From Octopus sinensis (taxonomy: Eukaryota): a DNA stretch of 11,500 nucleotides. The position numbers and the translations under genes are program-made. Below, in pieces: positions 7,777-11,500 of the stretch. Location of the stretch: the NCBI RefSeq assembly GCF_006345805.1, contig NW_021827097.1, positions 1 through 11,500 on the forward strand, written 5' to 3'. Each line of letters opens with the position of its first letter. Position 1 is the stretch's first letter. The notes under the pieces were generated by a model. That model made no database searches. It saw only the letters and a list, made by a program, of their open reading frames with translations, and was not told the DNA's origin.

Positions 7777-7811
7777 TATTATTATTATTACTATCATTAT
7801 TATTATTATTA
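6929..7811. repeat. Long (ATT)n array, interrupted at 7034-7270, with recurring variant units ATTAAG/TTTATG/ATC
   Basis: Direct reading. Confidence 0.95.
7034..7276 (-). mobile_element. 3' end of an R4/Dong-type (restriction-like endonuclease) non-LTR retrotransposon
   Basis: The minus strand reads IIVGALGMIK, a frameshift in the A-run at 7245-7250, then YSDKYITKTPGLTNTCNIQKIALLGTAHILRRTLSIQ* (stop 7131-7133). This matches the PIIVGALG...QKxALLGTAHILR terminus of R4/Dong ORFs. A ~97-nt 3' UTR follows, and (TAA)n flanks both sides. Confidence 0.85.
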
Positions 7812-8153
7812 GTTTAACTTGGCTATGAGGGACAGTTAATTAGAGGAAGTTGTTTTGCTTCTGTTAGTTGATCCAAGGTTATTAACTAGTTTTGCGAAGG
7901 TTGCTCCAGGTTAAATAGGATTACTTTTCTGTTGCTCTCTGAAGCATGAAATAAATTTATTTGGTGAATTGAACGAAGCATCGACGTTATTCATAGATTC
8001 CTGTTAGCCAGTCGAAGACGACGTTCCTTATATTGATGTGTGGAATAACTGAAGCAACTTCGGAATTTTCTTAAGCGAGATGCCTCGGAATAAATTTTCA
8101 TTACTTTATTTGGGCGTGAAAGAAGATTCGATAGTTATTTCCAGCTTCCAGTG

Positions 8154-8428
8154 TAGTGGTTTACAAAGTAACCAGTGTTGCCCCCTGGAAGCGGTGGAAA
8201 TTTCCAAAGGGGCGTTGAAGAAAAGTGGGGCGATAATGGGGTAGCGATTTATGTAAAAACAACAAAATAATGAGTTCATTAGATTAAGTTTTATTTGTGA
8301 AATACAGTTGCTTTGAATTTGCTTCAGAAAGCGGTCTATGTTTGTAATGGTTCGTTGGGGGGGGGGGTTCTAGGAATGGCGCCTAGGTGTCAAGGGGACG
8401 GCAACTCGAAAATGTTTGGGAACCACTG
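8154..8428. mobile_element. hAT (Charlie-like) non-autonomous MITE
   Basis: TIRs TAGTGGTTTACAAA and TTTGGGAACCACTG match 11/14. The 8-bp flanks TTCCAGTG and TTTTAGAG (5/8) both resemble the NTCTAGAN Charlie target. Confidence 0.75.
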
Positions 8429-8441
8429 TTTTAGAGCAACT

Positions 8442-8908
8442 ATCGTTGGTAAGTGATGTCCTCCTATCACATCAGGAGATGTACAGCAATTATCTACCAT
8501 TCACAATACACGTGTTGCCAGTCCAGTACTTACTTATTTCTTTATTACCCACAAGGGGCTAAACATAGAGGGGACAAACAAGCACAGACAAACGGATTAA
8601 GTCGATTACATTGATCCCCAGAGCGTAACTGGTACTTATTTAATCGACCCCGAAAGGATGAAAGGCAAAGTCGACCTCGGTGAAATTTGAACTCAGAACG
8701 TAGCGGCAGAGAAAATACCGATTTCTTTACTACCCACAAGGGGCTACACACAGAGGGGACAAACAAGGACAGACATCGTTCGTAAGCGATGTCCTCTTCT
8801 CACATCATGGGATGTGCAGCAATTACCTACCATTCACATTACGCGCGTTGCCAGTCCATTACTTTCTTATTTCTTTACTGCCCACAAGGGGCTAAACATA
8901 GAGGGGAC
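8442..8908. repeat. Direct repeat of a 92-bp non-SINE segment plus SINE tail, period 333 bp
   Basis: 8442-8533 and 8775-8866 align without gaps with ~13 mismatches; both are followed by TTATTTCTTTA...GAGGGGAC. Confidence 0.9.
8534..8774 (-). mobile_element. SINE family A multimer fragment (one unit plus the tail of the preceding unit)
   Basis: Reverse complement of the 3748-4115 units, with a unit junction at ~8720. Confidence 0.9.
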
Positions 8909-9229
8909 TTTGCCTTTCATCCTTTCGGAGTCGATTAAATAAGTACCAGTTACGTATTGGGGTCGATATAATCGACTTAATCCGTTTGTCTCTCCTTGTT
9001 TGTCCTCTCTGTGTTTAGCCCCTTGTGGATAGCAAAGAAATCAGTGTTTCGTCTGCCGCTACGTTCTGAGTTCAAATTCCGCCGAGGTCGACTTTGCCTT
9101 TCATCTTTTCGGGGGCGATTAAATAAGTACCAGTTACGCACAGGGGTCGATATAATCGGCTTAGTCCCTTTGTCTGTCCTTGTTTGTCCTCTCTATTTTT
9201 AGCCCCTTGTGGGCAATAAGTAAATAAAT
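8867..9229 (+). mobile_element. SINE family A multimer with an inverted 5' piece (8867-8908 minus; 8906-9229 plus)
   Basis: The minus-strand tail switches at GAGGGGAC/GACTTTGCC into the plus-strand body; unit junction at ~9042. Confidence 0.88.
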
Positions 9230-9230
9230 A

Positions 9231-9516
9231 TTCTCCTTAAGAACTAAATTTCACATCTCTCCAAGTACCTCCTCATTTCTGGTGTTATACCCCATGCCTC
9301 ATTTCCATGTATTGGGGTACAAGTAATGTTGCTTTCGTATATTTCTAGAATTGGGGTTATATTCAGTGATGGGGGCTAGTTGATTTTCTAATTCTAAGTA
9401 TGCGTTATTAGGATCTGTTCGTGCGGTTGCTCAGAGTATTTCGTATGAGGTTAGACATAGCAGTTTAATATACGGATCTTGCTCTTGATGCTTGGAGTAC
9501 GGTTTCTCAAGATGCT
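9231..9516 (-). mobile_element. Old RTE-clade LINE RT fragment, split by ~135 bp of other sequence
   Basis: The minus strand reads SILRNRTPSIKSKIRILNCYV*P (9516-9448) and IHGNEAWGITPEMRRYLERCEI*FLRR (9312-9232), resembling the RTE motif KxRILxCYVWPxLLYGxEAW...LEAxEMWFLRR. Confidence 0.7.
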
Positions 9517-9799
9517 AAGGCACATATCAGAATCACGTATTAAGTTTTAGTGGGAGCGTCAGTTAAGATAAACGATAAGTTTTATTGATGATGCCGAACA
9601 CAATGAAATACCCAACAAAATTTGCTAAGCTTGACAGAACCAATATTTTCGATATTTGATTATACAGATTTTTCGTTTAACGAGTTCATCTGTAGAGCTG
9701 AACAGATCTGTTAGAATGTTACTATTTTGTAAGCCCATTACTGGTGGGTTTCCGTTGCATCTCTCTTTGTACGTTTCAGAGAGCAACAATGTTATCTTA

Positions 9800-9968
9800 C
9801 CTTGAAGAATTAGCCGAATTTAGCTGAATAATTGATCTCAGTACTTACGATTTTTAAAGCCAATTCTAGTACCTATTCTAGCACACCTTTTCCCGAACCG
9901 ATAAGTCACATAGACGTAAATACATCAACACCGGTTGTCAAGCGGTGGCAGGGGACACACTAACACAA
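9800..9968 (-). mobile_element. Diverged SINE family B fragment
   Basis: AGTACCTATTCTA...CCGAACCGATAAGTCAC...GACGTAAATACATCAACACCGGTTGTCAAGCGGTGG is similar to 3133-3225. Confidence 0.7.
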
Positions 9969-9969
9969 C

Positions 9970-10090
9970 GAAGTCGACTCTGCCTTTCATCTTCTCAGGA
10001 TCGACAAAATACAGTAATGAGGTCAATGTAATCAATTTGACCCCTTCGCTCAAGACTGCTAATCTTGTGTCAAAATTAGAATTATATTAG
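9970..10090 (+). mobile_element. Diverged SINE body (core plus alternative tail, as at 3525-3645)
   Basis: GTCGACTCTGCCTTTCATCTT...GGTCAATGTAATCAATTT...CTTGTGTCAAAATTAGAA. Confidence 0.7.
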
Positions 10091-10169
10091 TGTTATGGTA
10101 TGTAGGCATATACGAATATAACCATATAGTCTACAAATGTATTACAGAATGTAGTGCCCTGTGATACAA

Positions 10170-10335
10170 CAGCTGCGTAGTGCGTGTGCCGTCCGGACAG
10201 CCCTTGAAGTTGCTGGTACCTTCATCTGTCCCCGCCTCTATAAAGCTTTAACAGCTAACCAAAAAGTACCGTCCCCATAAAAGCGTAACCCGGGGCGGAT
10301 CGCCACCATTGCCGCCCCCTTTAACTAAGCTACAG
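10170..10335. mobile_element. Possible old GC-rich MITE (CAGTGGCGTAG-type ends, hAT-like)
   Basis: GC-rich island within degenerate pentamer DNA. The ends CAGCTGCGTAG and (reverse complement) CTGTAGCTTAG match 7/11; the 8-bp flanks match 5/8. Confidence 0.35.
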
Positions 10336-10503
10336 TGTAATAATATACAAGTGTTATAATGGTATATGGTAATGTGATATAGTGGAAAGTGTTTTTTAGA
10401 GTGGATTCTAGTGTTTTCATGGCTTCAAAGTAAGTTTGGAATAGCACGGACGGTGGAACGAACAAGTAACACTTCACTTTACTAACGTATACAAAAACAT
10501 GAG

Positions 10504-10785
10504 CAACAACAACAACAACAACAACAAAAATATAAACAAAAGCACAACAACAGCGACGACGACGACGACGACTGTATACATATACAATTCCATCGACAAC
10601 AAAAGCACACAAAATTCACTTCATTGAACAAGTACCACAACAAAAACAAGCACAACAAAACTGTGCAAACGTTATAAAAAAAAACAAAAAACAAACAAAC
10701 AAGAACTACGAGTAGGTGGTGGCGGTGGCGGCGGCGACCGCGGCGGAGTGGTGGTGGTGGTGGTGACGATGGTGACGACGATGAC

Positions 10786-10828
<43 letters not shown>

Positions 10829-10866
10829 TGATGATATGATGATGATGATGGTGATGATGATGTGAG

Positions 10867-10922
<56 letters not shown>

Positions 10923-10951
10923 GTGATGATGATGGTGATGATGATGATGAT
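10504..10951. repeat. Compound (CAA)/(CGA)/(GGT)/(GAT)n microsatellites
   Basis: Direct reading; gives the poly-H/S/D ORFs. Confidence 0.9.
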
Positions 10952-11107
10952 CTGACATTTTTTTTGCCTTCAATTCTTTTTAACGCTTTTTGTTCTCTTC
11001 TAACTTGGATTTGCTTTACTTCGCAATATTTTTTTTTTCATCCCTCCAATATCGATTAAAAATTAATATTTCAGTGGCTTCAAAGGTATGCTAGTTCTTT
11101 TTTTTTT

Positions 11108-11218
11108 ATTTTCCTTCTCATTTTTATTTTATTTTGTTATTTTCTTTTATCTATGAGTATATATATTTTCCTTCTCATTTTTATTTTATTTTATTTTATT
11201 TTATCTATGAGTATATAT
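11108..11218. repeat. Tandem duplication, 2 x ~55 bp
   Basis: ATTTTCCTTCTCATTTTTATTTTATTTT...TTTTATCTATGAGTATATAT starting at 11108 and 11165. Confidence 0.9.
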
Positions 11219-11279
11219 GTACGTGTATATGTATATGTGTATGTAAGTGTGTGCGTGTGTGTGTATGTGTGTATTTTAG

Positions 11280-11500
11280 CGCAATAATATAGAGTTGGAC
11301 TCACGTGTAAGGTAAAGTTTAATTCAATGTAATGTAACAGAGAGCAACGTAGTCGAGGGCTAGAGTATCCTAGTATAGGGAAGTCTAGCATATTGCAGTG
11401 TAATCTAGTGCAGTTGTTGTAATGCAGCGTAACATAGATGAATGCAACAGGTGATGTGATGCATAGTGTAAGCAATGCAGTTTATAGTATATAGTAGCGG
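11280..11500. repeat. Highly degenerate pentamer repeat (TGTAA/TGCAG/TATAG-like)
   Basis: Recurring 5-nt periodic words; similar texture at ~10090-10169 and 10336-10385. Confidence 0.5.

Noticed and set aside
7812-8150. Possible degenerate LINE 3' end adjoining (TAA)n
   Set aside because: No convincing protein motif in the frames I examined.
8545-9202. Similar ORFs (SEFKFRRGRLCLSSFRGR) suggesting a gene family
   Set aside because: Translations of SINE copies.
10482-11059. Poly-His, poly-Ser and poly-Asp ORFs
   Set aside because: (GAT)n microsatellite artefacts.

Overview
AT-rich, microsatellite-dense eukaryotic non-coding DNA, almost entirely transposon debris. The SINE families match what I recall of Octopus (coleoid cephalopod) repeats; this is an inference and was not database-checked. 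There is no intact protein-coding gene, and nearly all listed ORFs are microsatellite translations. Identifiable content: a CR1-type LINE 3' end, two RTE-clade LINE fragments, an R4/Dong-type fragment inside a (TAA)n array, several tRNA-derived SINE copies (some as head-to-tail multimers), Tc2-like and hAT MITEs, a 265-bp foldback element, a degenerate hammerhead-like motif and one weak candidate terminal exon. The most notable structure is at 950-1300. An internally deleted 5S rRNA copy is fused to a complete tRNA-SINE, and the pair is flanked by one 13-bp target-site duplication. Removing it restores the reading frame of the interrupted CR1 ORF2, so the 5S+SINE chimera inserted as a single retrotransposed unit.
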